Below are positions 48,794-59,310 of a DNA stretch of 64,000 bases, one piece after another (position 1 is the first letter of the stretch; every line of letters begins with the position of its first letter). Location of the stretch: NCBI GenBank assembly GCA_049515895.1, contig JBEKTQ010000021.1, positions 60,740 to 124,739 on the forward strand. The letters are read 5' to 3'. The translations under genes were made by a program, and so were the position numbers. Origin of the DNA: Candidatus Bathyarchaeia archaeon. Lineage in GTDB: Archaea; Thermoproteota; Bathyarchaeia; Bathyarchaeales; Bathycorpusculaceae. The notes beneath the pieces were generated by a model. It did no database searches, had not been told where the DNA came from, and was given only the letters and a program-made list of their open reading frames with translations.

Positions 48794-50182
48794 ATGTTTG
48801 GTAACCAAAAGTTAGCGGCAGTCAAGGAAGGGGAAGAAAAAGGCTACCGTGAGTTCTACCTCCAAGCGGATATCAAGCAGTCAAAGCTAGCCATGGTGTT
48901 ATTTGTAATTCCCATTATGGGCTTTATCTTTAACGATTACATGTTTTTTAGTCTATCAAATATGTTCTTTGGAATAGTTTCCGTTCGCGCTGCACTTCTG
49001 TTTATTTCGGGTTTAGAATTGGCATTTGTTGGAAGGGTGAAAAGCTATCGTGCTTACGACAAGATTCTTTTCTTGGCTATTCTGGCGTTGGTAATCGGGG
49101 GAGGCGTCATCAATGCAACTCGGCCCTCGAACTTCATAATTACAAGTATTATATCCATCATATCGGTGTTTGTTTTGTACTTGGTTGTTCCCCTCAAATT
49201 CAAGTTCCAAGTCTTTCTAGCATCATTTCTCACCGTCGGCGAATCATTAATCATATTGATTCTCTCCAAAAATGTAGGAACGTCAGTTCTTTTCACCCTT
49301 CTGTTCAGCATGTTTGTCGCAAACATGGTCGCTGCATTCAGTGCTTGGCAGACGCATTCCTACAGGAGAAGAAACTACTTGGAGTCTATGCAGCGCAAAG
49401 CTTTGCAGGACAAGTTGGAGCAAGATGCAAATCATCTGTCGGTACTGGTGGAGGAGCGAACCAAAGATTTGACCGAGGCTCAATCGCGACTCGTGCAGTC
49501 TGAACGATTAGCTGCTATTGGAGAGATGGCTGGCATGGTGGGCCATGATCTTCGAAATCCACTCGCCGCCATAAAGAATGCCTCTTATTATTTGAGAAAA
49601 AAGCAAGGCTCAATTATCGGCGATAACGGTGAAGACATGCTAAATGCAATTGACAGATCAGTTGAGCATGCCAATAGTATCGTTGCTGATTTGCTTGATT
49701 TTAGCCGTGAAATCCACCTGGACCTCGAAGAATACTCGCCCAAATCCCTAGTAAACTATGTATTATTAGCCATGCACATTCCCAGCAACATCAAGATAAC
49801 ACAAAAAATCCAAAGCGAACCCACAGTTTGGGTAGACGCAAACAAAATTGAAAGAGTATTCACGAACCTCGTCAAGAACGCCTTCGAAGCCATGCCCAAC
49901 GGTGGCACGCTCGAAATAAGCAGCCGCCAAAACGGAGAAAACGTCGAATTCATTCTCGCTGACACAGGCAGCGGCATCTCTGAAGATATAATTGGAAAGA
50001 TTTTTACGCCGCTCTTCACCACCAAAGCGCAAGGCATGGGTTTTGGATTGGCCATCTGCAAACGAATCGTGGAAGCTCACGGCGGCAAAATCGGGGTCGA
50101 AAGTACACTCAACAAAGGAACAACATTTACAATTTCATTACCAATCGAGCAACCGAATAAAAAAGAGACATTAAATAATTGA
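48794..50182 (+). CDS. Membrane sensor histidine kinase (no response regulator adjacent)
   Basis: About 6 TM; HDLRNPL, NLVKNA, DTGSGI, FTTK, GMGFGL. Confidence 0.92.
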   Translation: MFGNQKLAAVKEGEEKGYREFYLQADIKQSKLAMVLFVIPIMGFIFNDYMFFSLSNMFFGIVSVRAALLFISGLELAFVGRVKSYRAYDKILFLAILALVIGGGVINATRPSNFIITSIISIISVFVLYLVVPLKFKFQVFLASFLTVGESLIILILSKNVGTSVLFTLLFSMFVANMVAAFSAWQTHSYRRRNYLESMQRKALQDKLEQDANHLSVLVEERTKDLTEAQSRLVQSERLAAIGEMAGMVGHDLRNPLAAIKNASYYLRKKQGSIIGDNGEDMLNAIDRSVEHANSIVADLLDFSREIHLDLEEYSPKSLVNYVLLAMHIPSNIKITQKIQSEPTVWVDANKIERVFTNLVKNAFEAMPNGGTLEISSRQNGENVEFILADTGSGISEDIIGKIFTPLFTTKAQGMGFGLAICKRIVEAHGGKIGVESTLNKGTTFTISLPIEQPNKKETLNN

Positions 50183-51372
50183 GTTCATCCTATAGCTTTT
50201 TTAACGAAATCTCCCCCATAGAGGTAATCATGGAAAAAGCGGTTAAAGCCACGCTTATCTTTCTTGGAGCTTTGACCTTAACGTTGGTTGTAGTGGCGGC
50301 TTTTAGTCCTCGTGCACAGATCGGTGGGTTTCAGAAGTTCGTGACTTTGCCGACTATCACAATCTTAAGAACTGGAAGTATTCAGAGTTCGCTTGAACCC
50401 GTCCCCATTTCTGTAAATGGTTCAATGTACACCTTAACTGGAAACATCGAGAATTACTCCTTGGACATCCAATGCAGCAACCTCGTTTTGAACGGTGCAG
50501 GCTACTGGATATCGAGCAACCTGATAAACTGGAACACAGCAATCAACTTGCAAGCTAACCAAGTTAAGATATCAAACCTTAACGTACAGGGTTTTTATTC
50601 GCCCCTAAACATCACCGGCTCTGACGACGTGATTACCCAAACGTATTTGTTTAGCCAACCGTTTTCCAGCCCTGAAATCACGGTAAATGGCTCCAACGAC
50701 TCTTTTGTTGGAAACAAGATAGTTAGCTCTCTTATTACGACAACAGATTACAATTATTTTGTTGAAAACAACATAACCCGCGGCGGAGTCGAACTGTACG
50801 GTACCCATAACCAGGTGTCAGAAAACGTTTTCTATTCTTCAGGGGTTTCCCTGTGGGGCCAAACAAGCTTCAACACAATAGTAAGCAACACCTTCAACAC
50901 GTTGAAACCGGACAACTCATCATTTGGAATCAGCATCAGCGGAAAAGGTATGCAATCAAACACTATCTACCTTAACAACTTCATGAGCAACGTTGTCCCC
51001 GTCATCGATGTTACCGATCCGGCTCAAGCCCTCGTCGGAGACAGATTCGATAATGGCTCCGTCGGGAATTACTGGAGCAACTACGCAGCCAAAAATCCAA
51101 ATGCCCGAGAATTAGGTACCACCGGAACATACAACACGCCGTATCTTGTTTTTGGAAACATAATAGACAACCACCCATTAACATCCCCCAGCGTTGAAAA
51201 AATCACAATTCAGATACCGAACCCGACGCCTCTGCCAACCGGACGACCCGCTACAAATAATGCATCTCAAAATCAATCATTGTTAGCTGTCGCAACTGTC
51301 GCCATTTTAGTTGTTGCCGCTGTTCTGTTACTGCTTAGAAGACGTCGAAAAACCACTAATTTGAGTAAGTAG
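50179..51372 (+). CDS. Extracellular beta-helix (NosD/CASH-like) protein with C-terminal TM anchor (start probably ATG 50230)
   Basis: YTLTGNI, N-x-I repeats, FDNGSVGNYWSNY, DNHPL, TM-RRRRK. Confidence 0.82.
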   Translation: MSSSYSFFNEISPIEVIMEKAVKATLIFLGALTLTLVVVAAFSPRAQIGGFQKFVTLPTITILRTGSIQSSLEPVPISVNGSMYTLTGNIENYSLDIQCSNLVLNGAGYWISSNLINWNTAINLQANQVKISNLNVQGFYSPLNITGSDDVITQTYLFSQPFSSPEITVNGSNDSFVGNKIVSSLITTTDYNYFVENNITRGGVELYGTHNQVSENVFYSSGVSLWGQTSFNTIVSNTFNTLKPDNSSFGISISGKGMQSNTIYLNNFMSNVVPVIDVTDPAQALVGDRFDNGSVGNYWSNYAAKNPNARELGTTGTYNTPYLVFGNIIDNHPLTSPSVEKITIQIPNPTPLPTGRPATNNASQNQSLLAVATVAILVVAAVLLLLRRRRKTTNLSK

Positions 51373-51427
51373 ACCTTTTTCCCACGGCATAGTAAGAAAA
51401 TGCTTTCAAAGGCTGTTATTTCTTGCC

Positions 51428-52426
51428 TCAAGATTGATTGAGTGCGAAGTTTCCAACTACCATATTATCGCCGCTGGATTCCCACCCATCAGTGAATCTA
51501 TGAACCGCCGCACAAATCGAAAAGCTAAGACCAGAATAATCTGTGCCGCTGGCAAAATTCAGATAGCCATAGTCTGTTCCATCGATCCAAAATGAGACTC
51601 CGGAGCCCCACATAATCAAGGCATAATGATGCATTGCTCCATCGTTGGGCATGAGTTGCTGCATCTGAAAATCGACGTCTCCAAAGCCGTTTGGTTCTTG
51701 AACGTAGCCGTAGATGAAGCCGTCCTGTAAGTCCATTCTTACGCCAAATTCCGTTCCTTTGTACGTGGTTGTGTTTGAAGCGGCAAAGATCGTCATTTCA
51801 TCAAATCCGAGCGCACTAATGTTGGATGCGGTGAATGCGGCGTCAAAGTCTATTTTTTGAATTGCGTAAGTATTCAATGTAACCGCGTCTGATCCAGCTA
51901 ATTGACCCTGATCTGTACTATCGGGAAAGCTAAAGTTGAATTGGCTGTAATCCGGCTGTTGAACAGAATAGCCGCCATACGTGTATGTAACGAAATCTGA
52001 TGCGTTCAACGAAATGGGAGCCGCAGCATTGATGTCTGATGCGTATGTCGGAACCGTAACATATGATCCAGCTACCTGGCCCTGAACGGTGTTATCTAAA
52101 AGAAAAGCAGAGAATCCGGACATGTCTGGATAATCATAAACAGCTGGGCTTTGGGTGTTTACTGAAGCAGGATCCGTTTTTGAGGCTGCAGAAAAGTTAC
52201 CGTATGGATTAGTCAAATTCAAGCTATCTGTTTGATTGATGACTACTGAACTTGCTTGAAGAGCTGACGGCTTCGGAGTTTGGTTAATGATTGTTTCAAG
52301 GTTTGTTTCATTTTTTGATTTTGAGAAAAAGGTCACTGGATTCAAAGCTATTATTACCAATGATATTAGGACAATTGCAAATGCGATAGAGGCATTCTTG
52401 TTTTTGCTTGATTTCACTGTCATCAA
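51428..52426 (-). CDS. Membrane-anchored extracellular protein with a concanavalin/LamG-like C-terminal domain
   Basis: N-terminal TM; DGAMHHYALIMW...SFWIDG. Confidence 0.65.
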   Translation of the reverse strand: MMTVKSSKNKNASIAFAIVLISLVIIALNPVTFFSKSKNETNLETIINQTPKPSALQASSVVINQTDSLNLTNPYGNFSAASKTDPASVNTQSPAVYDYPDMSGFSAFLLDNTVQGQVAGSYVTVPTYASDINAAAPISLNASDFVTYTYGGYSVQQPDYSQFNFSFPDSTDQGQLAGSDAVTLNTYAIQKIDFDAAFTASNISALGFDEMTIFAASNTTTYKGTEFGVRMDLQDGFIYGYVQEPNGFGDVDFQMQQLMPNDGAMHHYALIMWGSGVSFWIDGTDYGYLNFASGTDYSGLSFSICAAVHRFTDGWESSGDNMVVGNFALNQS

Positions 52427-52622
52427 TAGTCTTTATGAACGTCAACTATTAAAAATATGCGAACACAGCGCAAACTCCCTGCATAAAATACCTGCCGCCT
52501 CGACCTTTCAATTCCTACCTATTTTTTAATAAAAAAAATGCGCAAAGCATTTAGGTTCGGGGTCCCGACCAAGTTACTTAAATACGTAAATATTTGCGTT
52601 AGATAGTTTTGTAGGAATCATA

Positions 52623-53294
52623 TTGAGCCAGAAAAAGATACTCAGATTCAACCTCAGCACCGTGGAGGATTCCCTTGTCGGAGTAGAGAACAACTGGGGA
52701 AAGATCAACGATGATTTGGACCATGAGAAGATTGGTCGGCGTGACACTTTCGATTCTGTCATTAGAGGTCGGTTGATGGACGCCTACAAGTATCTCGATA
52801 AACTCCTTGGAAAGGGTGTTGAACCGTTCTCAGAAGCAGGAATTTCTGAAATTCTAGAACTTAACAACATTGTTCATTACGGGTTTGATTTGAAGCTAAG
52901 ACTTGAGTACAATCAGGCAATTCAAGCCAACTCCGAGAAGTTCGCCGAGTACATCACACCAATCGAGCAATAGTATCGCAAGCACATGAAAGGTGAACCG
53001 CACCCTTTGAAGGTTGCAGCCGAGGTGTATGTTGCGGTGCTTGGCTTTCCTCAATTGTTCATTGAAGGCAATCACAGGACAGGCAACTTGATTTCAAACT
53101 GGATAAGCATGTACTACGGACACCCACCATTTGTGCTAAGCGAGGAGAATGCCTTAGCGTACTTTAAGCCTTCGAAAGAAATTAAGAGGTTTGCTGATAA
53201 ATCGACTTGGAGAGGAAGGGCGAGAATACCCAAATATAGGAAATGTTTCAAGAAGTTTTGGGAAGAGAACATGGATAGTAAGTACGTCCAATAG
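52623..53294 (+). pseudogene. Fic/Doc-like protein interrupted by one in-frame TAG (52971-52973)
   Basis: ORFs 52623 and 52986 share a frame (IEQ*YRKHM); Fic-like motif PQLFIEGNHRTG. Confidence 0.8.
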
Positions 53295-53424
53295 ATCTGG
53301 TGTTTTGGTTTCGGTTTTGTGGAGTGTTGTATGTGATTATTTGTGTTAATTTTTTTATGGTAAATTTAGCCTTTATTTTTGGTTTGGTGTTGTGGGGTTC
53401 CTTTTTTCCGTAAGTTTCTTATAG

Positions 53425-53445
53425 TAGGTTGGATAATCCAACCTA
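53425..53445. promoter_or_regulatory. Perfect 21-bp palindrome TAGGTTGGAT-A-ATCCAACCTA, candidate operator of the btuFCD operon
   Basis: Lies between TATA-like CTTATA and the btuF SD/ATG. Confidence 0.7.
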
Positions 53446-53464
53446 ACCTAATGGGGAGTAAAGG

Positions 53465-54439
53465 ATGAACAAAAATGTAATTTACATCGCAACCGCGATA
53501 ATCATCATAATACTGATTTCAGGAGTTTTCCTCTACATCAACTACCTGAAACCCAATCAAGCAAATGCAATAAGCAACATCTCAGTAGTCGATGACGAAG
53601 GCTACCACACCAACCTAACCGCGGTACCTCAAAGAATCATTTCGTTGGCACCCGCCTGCACCCAGATCCTCTTCGCAATCGGCGACGGCAGCAAAGTCGT
53701 AGGCGTAACCGACTACGACAACTACCCATACAATTTCTCGGCGTGGATCGCAGCTGGCAACATGACAAGCATCGGGGGATATTCAACCCCGAACATGGAA
53801 GTCATCGCTTCACTTCATCCAGACCTGATAGTGTCCGACAACATCAACGATGCATTGCTGCCCAACATGAGAAGCTTAGGATACAATGTAGTCGTCATCA
53901 ACCCGACCAGCATAAGCGGCATCTACCAAGACATTACCATGATCGGCAAAGCAACAGGCGCCCAAACAAAAGCAACCAGCGTAATAGCTAACATAACCAC
54001 CACAATCTACAACATAGAAGCGAAAATAACCGCCGCAAACATCGCAACCAAGCCAAAGGTGTTTTATGAAGTCTGGTCCGGCCCACTCATGAGCGCCGGC
54101 TCAACCACCTGGATAAACGACGTAATAAACAAGGCTGGAGGCGTCAACATATTCGCAAACGAAACACAGCAGTACCCCACCATTGCCTCAGAAACCGTGG
54201 TTTCGCTCAACCCCGACGTAATTCTGCTGCCGACAAACATGGGAACAGGAACGCCGTTCTACGGAACCGTACAAGACGTGAAGTCAACACCCGGATGGAA
54301 CACAATCAACGCAGTCAAAAACGACAAAGTCTACGTAATCGACCAAGACGTCTTCGCTGAGCCTGGACCAAGAGTTGCTGACCAAGTATATGCTGTTGCG
54401 GCATGTTTGTACCCACAACTTTTTAACTCCAACCCCTAA
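53465..54439 (+). CDS. btuF: Cobalamin/corrinoid ABC transporter binding protein
   Basis: PQRIISLAP, VVGVTDYDNYP, SIGGY, AGGVNIF, PGPR; corrinoid gene context. Confidence 0.82.
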   Translation: MNKNVIYIATAIIIIILISGVFLYINYLKPNQANAISNISVVDDEGYHTNLTAVPQRIISLAPACTQILFAIGDGSKVVGVTDYDNYPYNFSAWIAAGNMTSIGGYSTPNMEVIASLHPDLIVSDNINDALLPNMRSLGYNVVVINPTSISGIYQDITMIGKATGAQTKATSVIANITTTIYNIEAKITAANIATKPKVFYEVWSGPLMSAGSTTWINDVINKAGGVNIFANETQQYPTIASETVVSLNPDVILLPTNMGTGTPFYGTVQDVKSTPGWNTINAVKNDKVYVIDQDVFAEPGPRVADQVYAVAACLYPQLFNSNP

Positions 54440-54458
54440 TTTTTTTGCCGTGTAACTC

Positions 54459-55532
54459 ATGGAACAACAGCAAACCGAAGGAACACTAGTTAGACGCTCA
54501 TCAAAATGGAAGCTTATCTTAGCAGCGCTGATAGTCGGTTTTATAGTAACGGTCATTGCTGCACTTAACATTGGCTACACGCCCATCTCGTTTTCAGAAA
54601 TTCTCACAATACTGGCAAAACAAATCCCTTTCACATCAATCAAGTCCTCATCTATTTCTCCAGTTGACAGCGCAATAATCATACAGATTCGTCTTCCGCG
54701 AGTTCTCGCTGGAGCCTTGGTTGGTGCCGGATTGGCGGCGGCCGGTGTAATTTATCAGGGAATCTTTAGAAATCCAATGGCCGATTCGTACCTGCTTGGC
54801 GCATCAGCGGGTGCGTCAGTGGGATACACCGTTGCGGTTTTGTATGTCACATCGTCTTTGTCGCTTATCGGCTTGGGAATGACACAGGTTTTCGCGTTCA
54901 TTTTTGCGTTATTAACCGTCTTCGTGGTGCTCAATATTTCGCGTGTGGGCGGAAAAATCCCGACGACTACCCTGCTGCTTTCGGGTATAGTTGCAAACAT
55001 TTTCCTTCTGGCTATCGAGACGGTGATGCAGCTTAGGTCGGGCAAAGTTCTCAGCGGCATAGTGGCTTGGCTGGCAGGCGGATTCTCCGACACCGTTTGG
55101 ACCCAGTTCTACGCAGTCATGCCCATAATCATCGTAGGCATTTTGCTCACCTATTTCTTCACGCGCGACCTAAACGTGATGTCCATGGGCGAAGAAACAG
55201 CACAGCATCTGGGTGTGAATACGGAGAGAACCCGCCAAGTCTTGCTTGCCATCGCGTCCTTGATAACTGCGGCAGCCGTCGCCATAAGCGGCGTAATAGG
55301 TTTCGTCGGCCTGATCATTCCCCACATGACCCGGCTTGTAATTGGACCCGACCACCGCATCCTTCTGCCTGCCTCCACTATCGTTGGCGCCATGTTCCTG
55401 GTGATTTGCGACTCCGTAGCACGAATTGCCACAGGCGCTTCAGAACTGCCAGTCGGCGTCATAACCGCCCTTGTGGGCACCCCATTCTTTATTTACCTGC
55501 TTAGAAGGAGAAAGACAAGTTATTCGCTTTGA
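54459..55532 (+). CDS. btuC: BtuC/FecCD permease
   Basis: IRLPRV, FRNPMAD, GEETAQHLG, GVIGFVGLIIPH. Confidence 0.88.
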   Translation: MEQQQTEGTLVRRSSKWKLILAALIVGFIVTVIAALNIGYTPISFSEILTILAKQIPFTSIKSSSISPVDSAIIIQIRLPRVLAGALVGAGLAAAGVIYQGIFRNPMADSYLLGASAGASVGYTVAVLYVTSSLSLIGLGMTQVFAFIFALLTVFVVLNISRVGGKIPTTTLLLSGIVANIFLLAIETVMQLRSGKVLSGIVAWLAGGFSDTVWTQFYAVMPIIIVGILLTYFFTRDLNVMSMGEETAQHLGVNTERTRQVLLAIASLITAAAVAISGVIGFVGLIIPHMTRLVIGPDHRILLPASTIVGAMFLVICDSVARIATGASELPVGVITALVGTPFFIYLLRRRKTSYSL

Positions 55533-55544
55533 GGCTGATGCAAA

Positions 55545-56897
55545 ATGTTGTTAAACGTGAATGGTGTCGAATGCCGTTACGGCTCAACTAAAATCTTAGA
55601 GAACGTAAGCTTATCCGTTAAGGAAGGCGACTTTGTAGGAATTCTTGGACCTAACGGCTCAGGAAAAACCACCCTACTCAAAAGCATAGGCCGAACACTC
55701 AAACCATACAAAGGAGCTGTTTTGCTTGACAACAAGGACATTTACTCGCTCAAAAGCATCGACGTTGCAAAACAGATGGCTGTTGTTCCGCAGGACAATG
55801 CGATCAGCTTCAACTTCACCGCGTTGGAAGTTGTTATGATGGGACGCAGCCCTCACTTGACGAGGTTTGAGATGGAATCCGAAAAAGACATGGCGATCGC
55901 TCGAAAAGCCATGAATTTGACGAATACGTGGCACCTGGCGCAGCGGCCTATAAACGAGTTAAGCGGCGGCGAACGGCAACGCGTCATCATCGCCCGGGCC
56001 TTGGCGCAAGAACCCAGAGTTCTGCTACTGGATGAACCCCTCACCTATTTGGACATCATTAATCAGCTGGAAATCATGGATCTGATAAAGTCCCTTTGCG
56101 TTTCAGAAGGGTTAATCGTCATGGCCGTCGTCCACGACCTCAACCTGGCGGCTCGCTACTGCAACTACGCATTGCTCCTCAAGAAAGGACACGTTTTCGC
56201 CGCAGGATCCCTGGACGAGGTAATGACGAGCGAAAACATAAAGAGCGTTTTCCAAGTAGACGCCATGGTCAAAAGGAACCCAGTTACAAATTCCCTCTAC
56301 ATCATCCCCCTGTCGCCCCCGAAATCCTGTCCGCCCAGAAACTGCTCAATCCACATCATCAGCGGCGCTGGAACAGGAACCGTGCTCATGAAGGCTCTCC
56401 AAGAAGAAGGGTACCGCCTCACCGCAGGCGTCCTTAACGTTTTAGACACTGACTTTGAAACCGCCGAGTTTCTAAACATCCCAGTGATCAGTGAAGCGCC
56501 ATTCTCGCCCATAACCGAAAAAACCCGCATCGCCAACTTTGACCAAATGACCAAAGCCAGCATGATAGTAATTACCTCGGTTCCGTTCGGCTACGGCAAC
56601 CTCTCAAACCTGGAATCGGCGTTTGAAGCCGTTAAGCTAGGTATCCAAACATACATCATAGAAGAGGAACCCATCGAAGGACGTGACTTCACAGGCGGCA
56701 AAGCAACCGCGCTGATGCAGGAGCTGAAGAATCACGGCGCCGTTTTCATCAAGCACGCGTCCGAACTGCCTGCTCTGGTCAACGCAAAGCATGACTTGAT
56801 GGAACTGCAAAAGAACGGTCAAAACGAGGTTCCGGGCCACACGAAAAAACTTGCCAAAGCCGTAGTTCGGCCTGCTAATCCCAAAGAGAAGAGTTAA
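55545..56897 (+). CDS. btuD: BtuD ABC ATPase with a ~190-aa C-terminal extension
   Basis: GPNGSGKT, LSGGERQR, LLDEP, HDLN; extra domain with GVLNVLDTD. Confidence 0.85.
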   Translation: MLLNVNGVECRYGSTKILENVSLSVKEGDFVGILGPNGSGKTTLLKSIGRTLKPYKGAVLLDNKDIYSLKSIDVAKQMAVVPQDNAISFNFTALEVVMMGRSPHLTRFEMESEKDMAIARKAMNLTNTWHLAQRPINELSGGERQRVIIARALAQEPRVLLLDEPLTYLDIINQLEIMDLIKSLCVSEGLIVMAVVHDLNLAARYCNYALLLKKGHVFAAGSLDEVMTSENIKSVFQVDAMVKRNPVTNSLYIIPLSPPKSCPPRNCSIHIISGAGTGTVLMKALQEEGYRLTAGVLNVLDTDFETAEFLNIPVISEAPFSPITEKTRIANFDQMTKASMIVITSVPFGYGNLSNLESAFEAVKLGIQTYIIEEEPIEGRDFTGGKATALMQELKNHGAVFIKHASELPALVNAKHDLMELQKNGQNEVPGHTKKLAKAVVRPANPKEKS

Positions 56898-56903
56898 GGC
56901 GTT

Positions 56904-57536
56904 ATGACCAAAGAGGACAAGAAGAAATCGTTTGCTTTCCTCAAAGAACGAGCTTTAGATTTGGGGGCCAAAGAAGCGAAAGTAATTCCTACGGAAAAAA
57001 TTGTGATTGAAGATCGCGTTGTCTTCAAATGTAGGTTGGGCTGCGAAAAGTACGGGAAGACTTTGGCTTGCCCTCCTTATGCGCCGTCGCCCAGTGAGTT
57101 CCGAAAAATCGTCAGCGAATACCACTACGCATTGTTCATGAAGTTTCAGTCGCATGCAGAAGGCGATTCAGAACTCATAAAATACCTTGCAAAAGCCAAC
57201 GACCCCTCCGTTCCCCCCGAGATGAAGGCGAAGGTGGAAGGTTTTTGGCTTGCCTGGAAAGATGACATGAAACATCTGCTTGACAAAGTCCTGGAGCTTG
57301 AAAAAGCAGCGGCTGAAAACGGGTATCTTCTCGCTGTAGGGTTAGTTTCTGGGTCATGTCAGCTTTGCGAAAAATGCAACGTTCAGAATGGGTTTTGCGT
57401 GCATCCTGAGACGCGAAGGTTTTCCGAAGAAGGCGTGGGAGTCAACGTGAAGGCAACCGCTGAGAAAGCCGGCGTAAAATTCACCTTGCCTTTCGAGAAA
57501 AACCCTGAAACCTATGCTCTACTCTTAATCGATTAG
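56904..57536 (+). CDS. DUF2284 Cys-rich metal-binding protein
   Basis: CRLGCEKYG...CPP, GSCQLCEKC...CVHP, SEEGVGV. Confidence 0.82.
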   Translation: MTKEDKKKSFAFLKERALDLGAKEAKVIPTEKIVIEDRVVFKCRLGCEKYGKTLACPPYAPSPSEFRKIVSEYHYALFMKFQSHAEGDSELIKYLAKANDPSVPPEMKAKVEGFWLAWKDDMKHLLDKVLELEKAAAENGYLLAVGLVSGSCQLCEKCNVQNGFCVHPETRRFSEEGVGVNVKATAEKAGVKFTLPFEKNPETYALLLID

Positions 57537-57553
57537 GATCAATTGGGGAGAAT

Positions 57554-59176
57554 TTGTTGGGTACAAGTTTGCGTCATAGAATTGGTTTGGTTTACTTGCC
57601 AGGGGCTCTTCCCTGCTTTGAAAACTTCGGAAATCTCCCCACGGACCTGGTTTGCGCCGACGGACTTGTAGATGGCAAGCCAGCATCAGAAGTTCTTGAC
57701 ATGATAATCATTCCAGGAGGCAGCCTTGTGGAGTCACAAAGCGTCAACGAAAAAGTGGCCGGTGAAATTCTGAAAATGGCTGACAAGGGGAAATTTGTGT
57801 TGGGAATTTGCTCGGGCTTCCAAATTCTAGCGAAAGAAACCGATGTTGGCCGCCTCTCAAATGTGCCAATAACCAGAGAAGGCTTAGGTCTTCTAAACGT
57901 GAACTTCAAGCCATTGATATGTACTGACCGCGTAACCGCCACCGTGACAGGCAAGAGCTTCATGACAGATGAAGTTGGCTCGAAAGTTTCAGGCTTCCAT
58001 TGTCACACCTACGGAAAAATCGAGCTCCACAAAGACGCCAAAACCATTCTTGTTACACATGCAAAAAAAGTCAACTACTTCGAGCCGCCTCAAGACTTGG
58101 TTTCAGGCGTAGCCAACAAGCAAGGCAATGTGGTTGGAATCTTCATTCACGGACTACTTGACCAGAACCCATCCATTATCCAAAGCATCACAAAATCATT
58201 AAACATAACGTCAACTGAACTCGAAGAGGTTCGAAGTGCAAACGCAAAACTTTTGGCACGAATAAAAAGCGAAGTTGGAGTTTCAACCAATATCCACCAG
58301 CAACCATCAACCAGCCAAAAACAAACACGCTTACTTCTAATCACGGCTACAAGCAGCGGCGAAGGAAAGACGTTCCTCGTCGCAGGCATCGCGGGAGCAT
58401 TAAAAAAACGGGGCTTTAAAGTAGGCATCCTAAAAGTCGGCGGGGACATTCGAGACGCCGTACCCGCTCTCTACCTCATAAAAGAGCCGATGAAAGAATA
58501 TTCTTCGATTCGAGTTGGGGGAAGCGGCTGGAAGCAAGCAGCAGCGGCAGTGGAGGAAGCCAGCAAAGACTATGATTTCTTGCTTGTTGAAGGAGCCATG
58601 AACGCTTTCACGGGGTTGCTGATGGATAATGCTCGGGGACCATCTTCGACCGCTGAAGTTGCAGCTGCCTTAGGAGCATCTACAGTAGTTGTCGCAAGTT
58701 GTAACGAAGAAGGCGTCGAAGGCGGCTTGATTAACACACTCAACTATGTTAACCTACTAAAGAGCCTGGGGATAAAAGCGACTGGTGTAATACTCAACAA
58801 AGCCCCTCTAGGCTACCTAACAGATAACATCAAGCAGACAATGAAAAATGCTTTTGAAAACGCTGGCGTTGAATTACTAGGTATTGTCCCCCGCATCAAG
58901 GTTGAAGGCAGGGGAATGATACCGGAAATCGAAATAAAGTATGAAGAATTCGGAGCTCAGGCAATTGATGCAGCTGAAAAATACTTGAATCTGGATGCTC
59001 TGATAAGAATTGCGGATTTGCCCAAGTTGGCTACGGTTGATTATGCGGCGTTTGTGGAAAAATTCAAAAATCTAGTAATCACCTATAAGCTTAGCGCCTC
59101 TGAAGACTGCGAAGGCACATGTGGTTCAAATTTTAAAATAGGTACTGCAAACGAGGACCAAAGCTTCATAGGTTAA
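57554..59176 (+). CDS. CobQ/CbiA-like amidotransferase with reversed domain order (GATase N-terminal, P-loop ATPase C-terminal)
   Basis: IPGGS, GICSGFQIL, GFHCH, IHG; then SSGEGKT, LVEGA, GVILNK. Confidence 0.8.
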   Translation: MLGTSLRHRIGLVYLPGALPCFENFGNLPTDLVCADGLVDGKPASEVLDMIIIPGGSLVESQSVNEKVAGEILKMADKGKFVLGICSGFQILAKETDVGRLSNVPITREGLGLLNVNFKPLICTDRVTATVTGKSFMTDEVGSKVSGFHCHTYGKIELHKDAKTILVTHAKKVNYFEPPQDLVSGVANKQGNVVGIFIHGLLDQNPSIIQSITKSLNITSTELEEVRSANAKLLARIKSEVGVSTNIHQQPSTSQKQTRLLLITATSSGEGKTFLVAGIAGALKKRGFKVGILKVGGDIRDAVPALYLIKEPMKEYSSIRVGGSGWKQAAAAVEEASKDYDFLLVEGAMNAFTGLLMDNARGPSSTAEVAAALGASTVVVASCNEEGVEGGLINTLNYVNLLKSLGIKATGVILNKAPLGYLTDNIKQTMKNAFENAGVELLGIVPRIKVEGRGMIPEIEIKYEEFGAQAIDAAEKYLNLDALIRIADLPKLATVDYAAFVEKFKNLVITYKLSASEDCEGTCGSNFKIGTANEDQSFIG

Positions 59177-59310
59177 GTGAAGAATAAAACGCAAAATAAG
59201 AGTTTTGTTTCATTAAATGTTTTCTGGCTTTTTGACGTTCGAGATTAAGTTTTTATCAAAACTCAATTATATTGATTATTGTAACACGACAGTTATAGAG
59301 GCTGCAGGCT

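Noticed and set aside
52971-52973. Genome-wide TAG reassignment
   Set aside because: TAG terminates several full-length genes in the window
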